Source of the DNA: a virus
Lineage: Duplodnaviria; Caudoviricetes
Virus record (IMG/VR): IMGVR_UViG_3300021368_000438
Coordinates: 1-54,566 of that record
Length of the DNA: 54,566 bases
Strand: one strand, 5' to 3'
Of the stretch, positions 46,425-54,506 are shown piece by piece. A program made the translations under genes and the position numbers. Below the pieces are notes generated by a model, which searched no databases, was not told the origin of the DNA, and saw only the letters and a program-made list of their open reading frames with translations. How positions within the stretch are numbered: the first letter of the stretch is position 1; each line of letters opens with the position of its first letter.

Positions 46425-46752
46425 GCAATGGATACATGACTACCTAAAGGAGATGGCACGAAGAGGCGATCAATATGCTGAGAGACTAATGCAATCGATC
46501 ATAGACGACGACCGTAGCGGAGTTCAGACGAGCGTCTACCACCACGTTGACTTGTGCCGAGAGTTCAAAACTGACGTTCATAAAACCATCCCTCTCGTGA
46601 GTAAGAAATTCTACGACCAACTGATTGGAATCATGACGACGTTGGATGTGTCTCAATTCAAAAGCCAAAAAGATTACGCCGAAACGGTCGAGGAGATCGG
46701 TCGGGAAATGTGGGAGCGCATAATGGACGAGGAGTACTTTGAAAATGAATAA
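46417..46752 (+). CDS. Hypothetical protein
   Basis: Start MNEQW after AGGAGG. Confidence 0.6.
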   Translation: MNEQWIHDYLKEMARRGDQYAERLMQSIIDDDRSGVQTSVYHHVDLCREFKTDVHKTIPLVSKKFYDQLIGIMTTLDVSQFKSQKDYAETVEEIGREMWERIMDEEYFENE

Positions 46753-46876
46753 ACTTACAAGCGCAAAGCTAGAAAAGATACTGGACGAAGCATTCGTCAA
46801 GGTAATGGGCAAGCCTCCCTTGAAAGGGGAGGCGCTCAAGAAATTTTTAATTCGTGTAAACAAGGAAGACAAATGA
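46745..46876 (+). CDS. Small hypothetical protein (43 aa)
   Basis: Hand-translated MNKLTSAKLEKILDEAFVKVMGK...; GAGGAG RBS. Confidence 0.55.
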   Translation: MNKLTSAKLEKILDEAFVKVMGKPPLKGEALKKFLIRVNKEDK

Positions 46877-47325
46877 TGGACGTATTCGAGAATAAGATTT
46901 GGACACTCTTCAACGCTCTTGAGAAGGAGCAGAAGCTGAGTATTGTGGAGAGACTATGCAGTTCACTTGTAGAGGAAGGCGTGAGGGAAGGATTGCCAAA
47001 GAAGAAAGCCAAGGGTAGCCACCGATGGAAGTCGGCGTACTGGATGAAGAGCCTTGAGAGCTATGACCCGAAGGGGAAAGGCACTGACTGTATCGTTGGG
47101 CATTACTTTCGTGACATAAAGGAACAGCTTGGGAAGGGTGAAGAGTTTGTGGTCGGGACGAGGGCGCAACCGAAATTTTACTTTTTGTGTGCCAGAAAAG
47201 ACGGCGAGACCGCAAGCGTGACCGATGGAAACAACAAGATACATGACATTGAGGACGCAGAAGTACTACATTTTGCCGAGAATTTTAAGGAGCTGCGCGA
47301 TATTTTGAAGGCTCGATCAAAATAG
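46873..47325 (+). CDS. Hypothetical protein (150 aa)
   Basis: AAGGA RBS; ATGA coupling. Confidence 0.65.
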   Translation: MMDVFENKIWTLFNALEKEQKLSIVERLCSSLVEEGVREGLPKKKAKGSHRWKSAYWMKSLESYDPKGKGTDCIVGHYFRDIKEQLGKGEEFVVGTRAQPKFYFLCARKDGETASVTDGNNKIHDIEDAEVLHFAENFKELRDILKARSK

Positions 47326-47329
47326 TGTA

Positions 47330-47358
47330 TTGACAGGGATACACTAAACGCCTATCTC
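47330..47358 (+). promoter_or_regulatory. sigma70-like promoter TTGACA-N17-TATCTC with GGATACAC half-site in the spacer
   Basis: Direct reading; GGAGG RBS and ATG at 47395 downstream. Confidence 0.55.
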
Positions 47359-47394
47359 TAGGGTGTATTTAGATGAATACAGAGAGGAGGTAAA

Positions 47395-47685
47395 ATGGAT
47401 AACCGTACCCGTATTAAAACTGCTTATAATGAGTACAATGGCTGGCGCAAAGAAAATTTTCTTTGCTACATATCTTTTAAGTGGTGGACAAAAAAATACT
47501 GCTGCGGATCGACCGTAGGTGCTATTGCTACAGCTAAACTTTCAAAGTTTAGATTCAAATCTAGATGCAAAAAAACCAACTCGAAAATTGTCAATGACTT
47601 GGCGTCTGTGAGTTGGGCATCGCAATTCAAAATTCAGTACTGTCATACCGCCCCACCCAAAAGTTTAATTTGCTTACTGTTTTAA
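47395..47685 (+). CDS. Possible AT-rich ORF (96 aa) over a palindrome-rich region
   Basis: Strong AGGAGG RBS but atypical composition. Confidence 0.3.
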   Translation: MDNRTRIKTAYNEYNGWRKENFLCYISFKWWTKKYCCGSTVGAIATAKLSKFRFKSRCKKTNSKIVNDLASVSWASQFKIQYCHTAPPKSLICLLF

Positions 47686-47867
47686 ACTTTATGAGGACAC
47701 AATGACAGAACGAGAACGAAAACTCCCTATCGGTGAACGATCATGCGGATGCATGAGTACACCGTCTACAAATTTTTCAGAACGTAAAGGAGATTCGCGT
47801 CTTGGGTTGACCATAGGTTCTCGTGACGCAAACGTAATGAACAATTTGTTATACGGAGAACAAAATT

Positions 47868-48311
47868 ATGACGAGTCAGTTAGATCGCATTGAAGCGAAA
47901 CTTGACCATATTTTAATGCAACTTAATACACAGACGACAACACCGATGCCGAACAAAATAGCGTTAATTGAAGAAGCTCTTTCAAATGATGCTGGACACC
48001 TGTTCCAAAACTGGACGGTCAAACAGCATTGTGTTTTGCAAATGATACTGAGGGGCGCAAGCAATGAAGACATTGCCAAGCGGATGAAGGTCACGGTGAA
48101 CACAGCCAAGGTGCATGTGCGTACATTGTTTAGGAAGCTAGACGTGAACACACGCGCCGAGTGTGTGAGTAAGTGTTTGATTGCATTTCGGGAAGTGAGT
48201 GACGATCAGTATATGTTGATGACGAGAGGTCTGCCCAAGGATTGGGACGAAACATACTCTGAGCCTGACCCTCACGATTTATTAATTCACGGAGCAACTA
48301 ATGCCGCTTAA
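47868..48311 (+). CDS. LuxR/GerE-type HTH transcriptional regulator
   Basis: TVKQHCVLQMILRGASNEDIAKRMKVTVNTAKVHVRTLFRKLDV. Confidence 0.9.
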   Translation: MTSQLDRIEAKLDHILMQLNTQTTTPMPNKIALIEEALSNDAGHLFQNWTVKQHCVLQMILRGASNEDIAKRMKVTVNTAKVHVRTLFRKLDVNTRAECVSKCLIAFREVSDDQYMLMTRGLPKDWDETYSEPDPHDLLIHGATNAA

Positions 48312-49590
48312 ACTAAAACTACGGAATGGTGTGTGGCAAGCCGTTGGGACTGTTGTCTGTAAGGACGGTCGCAAGGTGTTTGTGCGTAAGAGCACAGGCC
48401 ACACGTTCCACGAGAAGACGTGGGCAACTAAGAAGTTGTCTGACATTCTCTTGGAGACCGTGCAAAGTGAAGCAAAACGGGAAGATACCACCACCAAGGT
48501 GGTGTCTGACTGCATCCGTCTGTTCTTGAAAAGGCCAGATGGTGTGGGGAAGACTGATGAGATGACGCTTGATCGGTTTGAACGTGTGTTCGGACGTAAG
48601 GAATTGAGCAAGTTGACCAGTCTTGAGGTGAATGATTACCTGACAGGAAAGGGAAACAAAGCCAGTAGTGTGCGTCGGGAGATGTCAACAATCTCTGCGT
48701 GTTTCGGATACGCACGACGCATGGGGATGGATGTGCCAGACATTACGTTGGTCAAGCCAAGTGAAGGAGACGGACGATGTCGATGGTTGGATGTAGATCA
48801 GCGTGACCAGTTGATCGATGCCATGCCAGACGTGAACAGTCGTGACGTGCTGAAGTTCTTGTTCTTTACTGGGGCGAGGTTGGGGGAGTGCTTTAACTTG
48901 AGACGAGAAGATGTCTTGAGTGGTGAGGTGTTGCTGCGAACTCGCAAAGGTAAGGCCAAGAAGTTGAGGACAAGGCGTGTGCCGCTTCATGCTGAGATCA
49001 AAGCGATGGTTGAGGCGAGGGCGGTAGCTACGAACAATTTCGTCTTCAAGTACAACAAGCGTAATACGCGCAGAGGTTCGTCTTCCTACAGTTTGGAGCG
49101 TTGGGAGCGTGATGGTTTCTATGACTACTTCAACGTTGCCAAGGACAAGATTGGGCTAGACGATTTTGTTCCGCATGATTGTCGGCACACGTTTGCCTCG
49201 CATTTGGTGCAAGCTGGCGCAAGCTTGAAGGCGGTGGCTGAGTTGTTGGGACATACAAGTCTGGCGATGGTCATGCGTTACGCGCATCTTGCGCCTTCAC
49301 ACTTGGATGACACCGTAAGTTTGTTGGGTGTCAAAGAGGTGTCTGATTGCACAAATACTACACACGAAGAAGGGGTGGTGCTGCCTGAGAGAATTGAACT
49401 CTCGGCCTCTTCCTTACCAAGGAAGCGCTCTACCACTGAGCTAAGGCAGCTTAATCAAACAATAATTTCAGACGGCATTGATTCTCCGAATGCTAATATA
49501 GACGTAAGCAACGCCGTTGACAGTGAAAAATGCGATGCCCTTACCAAGGGTAAAAGCACACACCCAAAGAGCTATAAGCCAGATAAGTAG
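48301..49590 (+). CDS. int: Tyrosine integrase
   Basis: TGARLGE, HDCRHTFASHL, LLGH and RYAH catalytic motifs. Confidence 0.95.
   Translation: MPLKLKLRNGVWQAVGTVVCKDGRKVFVRKSTGHTFHEKTWATKKLSDILLETVQSEAKREDTTTKVVSDCIRLFLKRPDGVGKTDEMTLDRFERVFGRKELSKLTSLEVNDYLTGKGNKASSVRREMSTISACFGYARRMGMDVPDITLVKPSEGDGRCRWLDVDQRDQLIDAMPDVNSRDVLKFLFFTGARLGECFNLRREDVLSGEVLLRTRKGKAKKLRTRRVPLHAEIKAMVEARAVATNNFVFKYNKRNTRRGSSSYSLERWERDGFYDYFNVAKDKIGLDDFVPHDCRHTFASHLVQAGASLKAVAELLGHTSLAMVMRYAHLAPSHLDDTVSLLGVKEVSDCTNTTHEEGVVLPERIELSASSLPRKRSTTELRQLNQTIISDGIDSPNANIDVSNAVDSEKCDALTKGKSTHPKSYKPDK
49376..49450 (-). tRNA. tRNA-Thr(GGT), complete with CCA; probable attP core
   Basis: GCTGCCT TA GCTC AGTGGTA GAGC G CTTCC TTGGTAA GGAAG AGGCC GAGAG TTCAATT CTCTC AGGCAGC A CCA; all stems pair. 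Confidence 0.97.
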
Positions 49591-49797
49591 TAAGTATTTG
49601 AAGCCTTTAGGGTTATTGTCAAGTATGGCAACTGACAACTTGAGGTGCATGAAATCGTGTGTAATTGCACACTACACTACCGAATGCAGGCATATGGATA
49701 TATACAGTCATAGACAATAATAAACTTGATAACACACGAAAGGTGTGCAAGATATAAGTTTATTCTGCATGACATTTGTCAACAGGGAAACAAGATT

Positions 49798-49962
49798 ATG
49801 AATACACTCGAAGAATTTTACGAGCAGATCGAGTCAACGATTACTGAAAATTTCGATAAGCAAAGCGAAGACATACAAAACAAATCATCGGATGCAGTAG
49901 TAGAGTTATTAACGATAATAGATAAGCAGCGCAGTAAGGCGAGAGGGAATTTACATGACTGA
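49798..49962 (+). CDS. Small acidic hypothetical protein (54 aa)
   Basis: MNTLEEFY start after AGGGA. Confidence 0.5.
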   Translation: MNTLEEFYEQIESTITENFDKQSEDIQNKSSDAVVELLTIIDKQRSKARGNLHD

Positions 49963-50257
49963 AAAAAAAGAGGCAGAGAAGCCGCAAGCTGTTGAAGTGG
50001 GTAAGTTATTCGCCATTTTGCAAGCTGGAAACTTAATGAATGTTGAGATTGAGTTTAACGGAAACTTAACGGGGGCAGACACTGCCGCTACTGTTTTGTC
50101 TCGTCTGAGTTATTCTCTGCACGACGTTCAGTGGTCAACAAGAAATGTCATGAGGGTTGCAAATAGAGATGCACAGACTAAAGCCGATGGAAATAAAGAC
50201 GGGGATACTGATGATTCGTCTGCTGAGCCAGAACCCACAGGAGATGACGCAGCGTAG
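49955..50257 (+). CDS. Hypothetical protein (100 aa)
   Basis: GAGGGA RBS; overlaps previous stop. Confidence 0.6.
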   Translation: MTEKKEAEKPQAVEVGKLFAILQAGNLMNVEIEFNGNLTGADTAATVLSRLSYSLHDVQWSTRNVMRVANRDAQTKADGNKDGDTDDSSAEPEPTGDDAA

Positions 50258-50414
50258 ACTTTCGGATGACTTGGGTGTCAGTCAATCTTGTGTTAGCGAA
50301 TACATCCGAAAACTAAAACATGTAGGCGTGGTCGGGAAAGACGGAAGTAAGTGGATACTCGGACGTAACTACAGAAAATATTTAAAACATTGGGGCATAG
50401 AAGAGCAGGGTTAA
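50169..50414 (+). CDS. Winged-HTH DNA-binding protein
   Basis: MTQRRLSDDLGVSQSCVSEYIRKLKHVGVV; start uncertain (50157-50187). Confidence 0.75.
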   Translation: MHRLKPMEIKTGILMIRLLSQNPQEMTQRRLSDDLGVSQSCVSEYIRKLKHVGVVGKDGSKWILGRNYRKYLKHWGIEEQG

Positions 50415-50431
50415 TCACCCTGCTTTTTTTT
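50404..50431. terminator. Terminator at the convergence of the two arms
   Basis: AGCAGGG-TTAATCA-CCCTGCT followed by a T tract. Confidence 0.8.
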
Positions 50432-50530
50432 CGCCATTCTCTTTGCGATCTTTCCGTCTCTCGTCATGATGACAAGCTTGCCGTTGTCGTCGTAGACAAT
50501 GTACTTGTTGTTACGTTGAATGAGTAACAC
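50411..50530 (-). CDS. Small hypothetical protein (39 aa, GTG start)
   Basis: Hand-translated MLLIQRNNKYIVYDDNGKLVIMTRDGKIAKRMAKKKQGD. Confidence 0.5.
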   Translation of the reverse strand: MLLIQRNNKYIVYDDNGKLVIMTRDGKIAKRMAKKKQGD

Positions 50531-50531
50531 A

Positions 50532-51014
50532 TCACCAACGCCCCTGATGCTGTCCCCAAAGATAGAAGAAGAGGAAGAGTAGGCCACCGCTGACAGCGAA
50601 TATAATACTGCCGATTATGAAGTTGATTATGGCGTCCATCTGTTGCTGCTTCTTGTACAACTCGTCTGATCGTCGCTTGCGTATCATTGCCTCAGTGGCG
50701 ACCAGTTCATTCCATCCGCTTCTGCCGTAATGCCAAGTGATCAGTTCGCGGAGTTCCTCCCTCATGGCTTCCATCTTTTTCTTCTGGGCAAAAATTTCTA
50801 ACGCCGTCTCCTCGTCTGATCCCTTAAAAGTTTTCTTCCACCAGGGAGGGTTCGTCACCTCGCGCTTCTCAATGTTAGAGAAGTCGCTGATTGCTTTGCC
50901 CCATTGCCCCAGTTGTGACGCGCAATCGGTGAGATCGCGGCCTGCCGAGACGGTTGCCTTGATCGCCTTAAATGCACCTGTCGCCAAACCAACACAAGAA
51001 ATTGGGTCAATCAT
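50532..51014 (-). CDS. Conserved phage membrane protein (160 aa)
   Basis: MIDPIS N-terminus, C-terminal TM helix; GAGG RBS. Confidence 0.75.
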   Translation of the reverse strand: MIDPISCVGLATGAFKAIKATVSAGRDLTDCASQLGQWGKAISDFSNIEKREVTNPPWWKKTFKGSDEETALEIFAQKKKMEAMREELRELITWHYGRSGWNELVATEAMIRKRRSDELYKKQQQMDAIINFIIGSIIFAVSGGLLFLFFYLWGQHQGRW

Positions 51015-51032
51015 TTCTACCTCGTCTGATCG

Positions 51033-51353
51033 TCACCCGTCAGGGTGTAAGATCATCTCCTCATCCTCTAACGTTTCTAGGATGAACCGCTGCTTTAGAA
51101 GTTCGATCCCTGCGATTGTTGCGTGAACGTCGTCGTGACAGCCAGAAGTAGTGAACGAGCCAGTAGAGTTGCCTGATGATGATAGGTAACAGACAGCGAA
51201 AGACTTTATGTCGCCGTCTCTTGCAGACTTGAGTAAGTTCTCAGCCGCTTGAATAACTTCTTCTTTATCGTACACATCAGTACCTATTATCCGAGCTGCA
51301 ACTTTGTCATCAGGGTTTTCATTTATCTGCACTATCCGTAGGTTTGCTGTCAT
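51033..51353 (-). CDS. Hypothetical protein
   Basis: Likely start MTANL after GAGGAGG. Confidence 0.6.
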   Translation of the reverse strand: MTANLRIVQINENPDDKVAARIIGTDVYDKEEVIQAAENLLKSARDGDIKSFAVCYLSSSGNSTGSFTTSGCHDDVHATIAGIELLKQRFILETLEDEEMILHPDG

Positions 51354-51738
51354 CTGGTTCGTCCTCCTCGACGTATCCTTCACACCTTAGATAATAGCGA
51401 TAGAAGAATAGGAGGTCGTCCAGTCTGAGCAGACATAATGACTGACCAGTAGGCATTCTGTTCTTACGGTTAATGACGATAGGGATGTCTGGGCTTTTTG
51501 TCTTGTCGATGTTTTTTTCTGCTTGGCGCATTGCGTCGTGGAAGTTCAGACGTTCGACACGCTTGGCTTCGATGAACAGGTTGGGTACGCCCATTAGGTC
51601 AGCGCCGCCAGACAATACTCCAATCGCGCCGCCGCCAGATAGCGGCGCACGTAACGCAGTGGTAAGGCCAGTAAGGGAGTTGATGTACGCAGCGAGTTCG
51701 CGTTCGTAGTTGTCGCCTTTAGTTTTTTGCTTACTCAT
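51319..51738 (-). CDS. Holliday-junction resolvase-like PD-(D/E)xK nuclease
   Basis: KG..YERE, R.PLSG, ADL and IEAKR motifs; real start MSKQKTKG. Confidence 0.85.
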   Translation of the reverse strand: MSKQKTKGDNYERELAAYINSLTGLTTALRAPLSGGGAIGVLSGGADLMGVPNLFIEAKRVERLNFHDAMRQAEKNIDKTKSPDIPIVINRKNRMPTGQSLCLLRLDDLLFFYRYYLRCEGYVEEDEPDDSKPTDSADK

Positions 51739-52024
51739 CTGAGTAGCCTCTCGCCTTACGGCAAGACGTGCAATAAAACCACATGCGAGGACGGCTTTCG
51801 TCTGAGCCACAATCAAGACACGGGCGTTGCCAAAAAGTAACGTTAGATTTTCGTCTGACTTGATACTTAGCGCCGTCGAAATCCTGTAGTCCTTCACGTA
51901 CCAGTATGCGCTTTAGTGTATCGACGCAGCATCCGAGACGTTTAGCCATAGCTGGATAGGTCTCGTCTTCGTGAACGTCACGAAGCCAAGCTATATCGTC
52001 TTCGCTTAGTTTGATGCGGCTCAT
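51731..52024 (-). CDS. HTH plus Zn-ribbon regulator
   Basis: TYPAMAKRLGCCVDTLKR HTH; CLDC...CTSC; start could be 52033. Confidence 0.75.
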   Translation of the reverse strand: MSRIKLSEDDIAWLRDVHEDETYPAMAKRLGCCVDTLKRILVREGLQDFDGAKYQVRRKSNVTFWQRPCLDCGSDESRPRMWFYCTSCRKARGYSDE

Positions 52025-52276
52025 AATTTTCATTTAAGCAGCCATCAAAAAGGTGTCAACAATAAACTTTAGGTGTTGACTTATCGGTCACGAACCAGTA
52101 CAACGCAAGAGCGTTTGAGCGATTGATGTTGTTTCGGCAAGAGCCGAAAACAACAGAGAGAACGAAAACACTTAAGCGATTATTAGGCGTTGTACTGTTT
52201 TGAATACCGCAGAAGAAAACAGAAAAAAATATCCAAAAATTGCAGAATGGGTTGACGAAGTTCGGGTGTATTTTCC

Positions 52277-52307
52277 GAAAGCGAAAGTGAAGGCTATTCG
52301 CCTTCAC
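52277..52307 (-). terminator. Hairpin/terminator after primase-helicase
   Basis: GTGAAGGC/GCCTTCAC stem immediately after the stop, then TTTCGCTTTC on the minus strand. Confidence 0.55.
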
Positions 52308-52308
52308 G

Positions 52309-54219
52309 CTAATCCAACTCAAGCCACTCCCGAAGCTGACGATTAGGTCGCTGTAGTATTCGACTGATCTCTTCTATGTCTTTTCCTTCGAGCGCCATAC
52401 TCTTGGCTCTCTGCTTTGTAGACTGTGAGCTGACCACGCAACGCTCGTCTGTTCGATTGTTCTGAGCGAAGCCAATCCATTGCACACGATCATGTGCTTC
52501 TGACCACTCTCGCACCTTGCCATAGCGCACTTCCATCACCATATATAAAGAGAAGTCTGGTGCTAACTTTGCACTCAAAGAAGGCCAGACGGGACGCTCG
52601 TAACTATCGTCGTGGATCGCAGCATTTTGACGTGCAGTATCCTCGTCTTGATAAACTTGCGTGACCCTTATCTGAGTTTCCAAAACAGTTAACTGATTGG
52701 TGCTACCAGCTTCACGACCAACCCCACTATCACTTGGCTTGTTTGAGTGGTGAACAAGGATCACAGCGTAGCCTGCATTACGCAAACGCACGGCAAGTTG
52801 GTTCACCTTTGCCCACTCGTCTGCCGAGTTTTCCATTAAGCCTGGGTAAGCTGTTCGAAGTGTATCGACGACGACGACGTCTGGCTTAACTGAATCAACC
52901 CATCCCTGTAACTCGACCAGACCTTCCTTCGTGCGGAGGTTCATTTCATGGTTGTCTACGAACGGCGTCCAGATTTGTAGCCTATCGTGAGCATCACCAT
53001 GTACCTGACGCATCTCAAGCAGACGACGTGCTATTGTAGACATGCCCATCTCGAAGTCGAGGTAGAGAACCTTGGATGGTTTCATGATCTCAAACGGCCC
53101 GAAATATTTCTTGCCTGCCGCCAGTGCAGCCATTGCGTTCTGTACGAACATCGACTTACCGTGACCAGAGTAACCGTAGACTTGAGTGATTGATGCTGGA
53201 GGCAGCCAAGGTTCGATAAGGTATTGTCTTGCCGAGCTTTTTTCTATCATCTCTTCTGCGTCAGACATCATGATTAGCTTCCGAGCACGGCCTTCCCCGT
53301 TCAGTTCTCGCTGCTCTTCCTCGATTTTTTTCTTGTGAATATACTCGCCGTCGTCTGAGAATCTTTCTGGATGATTACGCTTTTCGCTCTGCTCCATGCT
53401 TCGACAGGTTGCCTCAAACTCAGCCTCTGGAAGCTGCTCTTCGAAGAACTCATTCATGAAAGCGTAGCCACGAACACGCAACTCTGGGCCGAAATTTCCT
53501 TCCATAATTTGTTCGCTGATGTACTTCATCACGCGCTCGTTACGTCCGTTCCCAACACCAGTAGGTATCTTTAATGTGTTCGGATATGTCTCTCGCACGT
53601 ACTTAGCTGTGCGATCCCATTCACTAATAAACTCGTCAGGGTTACGTGCAACCACGTCACTTAAATCGAGATCAGAAAACGAGAACCCTTCGCCTTCAGA
53701 CTTAATCTTTGGCGACCAGTCTTGCCAGACAGGGAACTCATCGGGATCAAGATCGAACCCCTGTGGAATGTCCCAACTGTAGTTGTTTGATGGAGGGCAG
53801 AGAGCGTATGATCCATCCCCCCGAAAGTCTAGTCCGTTTATGCGAGGCCAGTCTGCACCACGGCTGTTTACGCCTGCCCTTGGGCCACGACGAACACCGT
53901 CTTTTGGATGCTGAAAGTACAGGTGATGACCGCGTTTTGTCTTGACTCTAAACGTGCTCTTCATGCCAGCGTCGAACGCTGCGTGAAGGGCTTCCTCATT
54001 ATCACAATCGACGACAACCACGCCCGACAAAGTGCCAGTGATTAACGCAATCGGATCGTCTGGGAAATCTGACCACCACTGCTCCACTTCCTCATAGGTC
54101 GGCAGGGTGTCCTGATACTGTTTCCATTTTATTCTTGGTCGCTTGGTGTCGGGCTTGCATGGTATGATTGACCACCCAAGATCAAGCAGTTCAAGAGCTG
54201 CCTCCATGTTTGTCTTCAT
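52309..54219 (-). CDS. Bifunctional Prim-Pol (AEP) primase fused to RepA/AAA_25 helicase
   Basis: VVVDCD, GHHLYF, DFRGDGSYALCPPS, GRNE, GYSGHGKS, VVVDT and VHH motifs; start MKTN after GGAG. Confidence 0.92.
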   Translation of the reverse strand: MKTNMEAALELLDLGWSIIPCKPDTKRPRIKWKQYQDTLPTYEEVEQWWSDFPDDPIALITGTLSGVVVVDCDNEEALHAAFDAGMKSTFRVKTKRGHHLYFQHPKDGVRRGPRAGVNSRGADWPRINGLDFRGDGSYALCPPSNNYSWDIPQGFDLDPDEFPVWQDWSPKIKSEGEGFSFSDLDLSDVVARNPDEFISEWDRTAKYVRETYPNTLKIPTGVGNGRNERVMKYISEQIMEGNFGPELRVRGYAFMNEFFEEQLPEAEFEATCRSMEQSEKRNHPERFSDDGEYIHKKKIEEEQRELNGEGRARKLIMMSDAEEMIEKSSARQYLIEPWLPPASITQVYGYSGHGKSMFVQNAMAALAAGKKYFGPFEIMKPSKVLYLDFEMGMSTIARRLLEMRQVHGDAHDRLQIWTPFVDNHEMNLRTKEGLVELQGWVDSVKPDVVVVDTLRTAYPGLMENSADEWAKVNQLAVRLRNAGYAVILVHHSNKPSDSGVGREAGSTNQLTVLETQIRVTQVYQDEDTARQNAAIHDDSYERPVWPSLSAKLAPDFSLYMVMEVRYGKVREWSEAHDRVQWIGFAQNNRTDERCVVSSQSTKQRAKSMALEGKDIEEISRILQRPNRQLREWLELD

Positions 54220-54412
54220 TGATTGTCTCCTCAAAATATTGGTCTAGCTCGATCTCTGGATGAGCTGTTTTAATTTTCTCTAGTACAGTTGTGCGAATAT
54301 GACCTCTTCGTATCCACGCATATGGCGCTGTCCTCACCACGCCCACTGCATTCGCAACTGCGGCTGCTCCACCCAAATCATGAACCAGCCGACTGATATT
54401 TAAGTTCTTCAT
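54191..54412 (-). CDS. Cro-like HTH repressor (73 aa)
   Basis: LGGAAAVANAVGV..TAPYAWIRRG; AAGGA RBS. Confidence 0.8.
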   Translation of the reverse strand: MKNLNISRLVHDLGGAAAVANAVGVVRTAPYAWIRRGHIRTTVLEKIKTAHPEIELDQYFEETINEDKHGGSS

Positions 54413-54506
54413 ATTTTTTTCCTTGCAATGGTGTACCTTCTAGGATACATACAAAAGGTGTCAACTGTAGTCAATGTGTTTGTCTACAAGGAATGAAGGA
54501 GACAAT

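Noticed and set aside
47560-47670. tmRNA or second tRNA
   Set aside because: No T-loop/acceptor stem or tag-peptide frame could be identified by eye.
49376-49450. Prophage boundary (attL/attR) at the tRNA
   Set aside because: Phage-type genes continue on both sides and no host housekeeping genes are present.
51739-51897. N-terminal extension of the resolvase ORF
   Set aside because: Overlaps the HTH-Zn gene; the nuclease motif starts at MSKQK.
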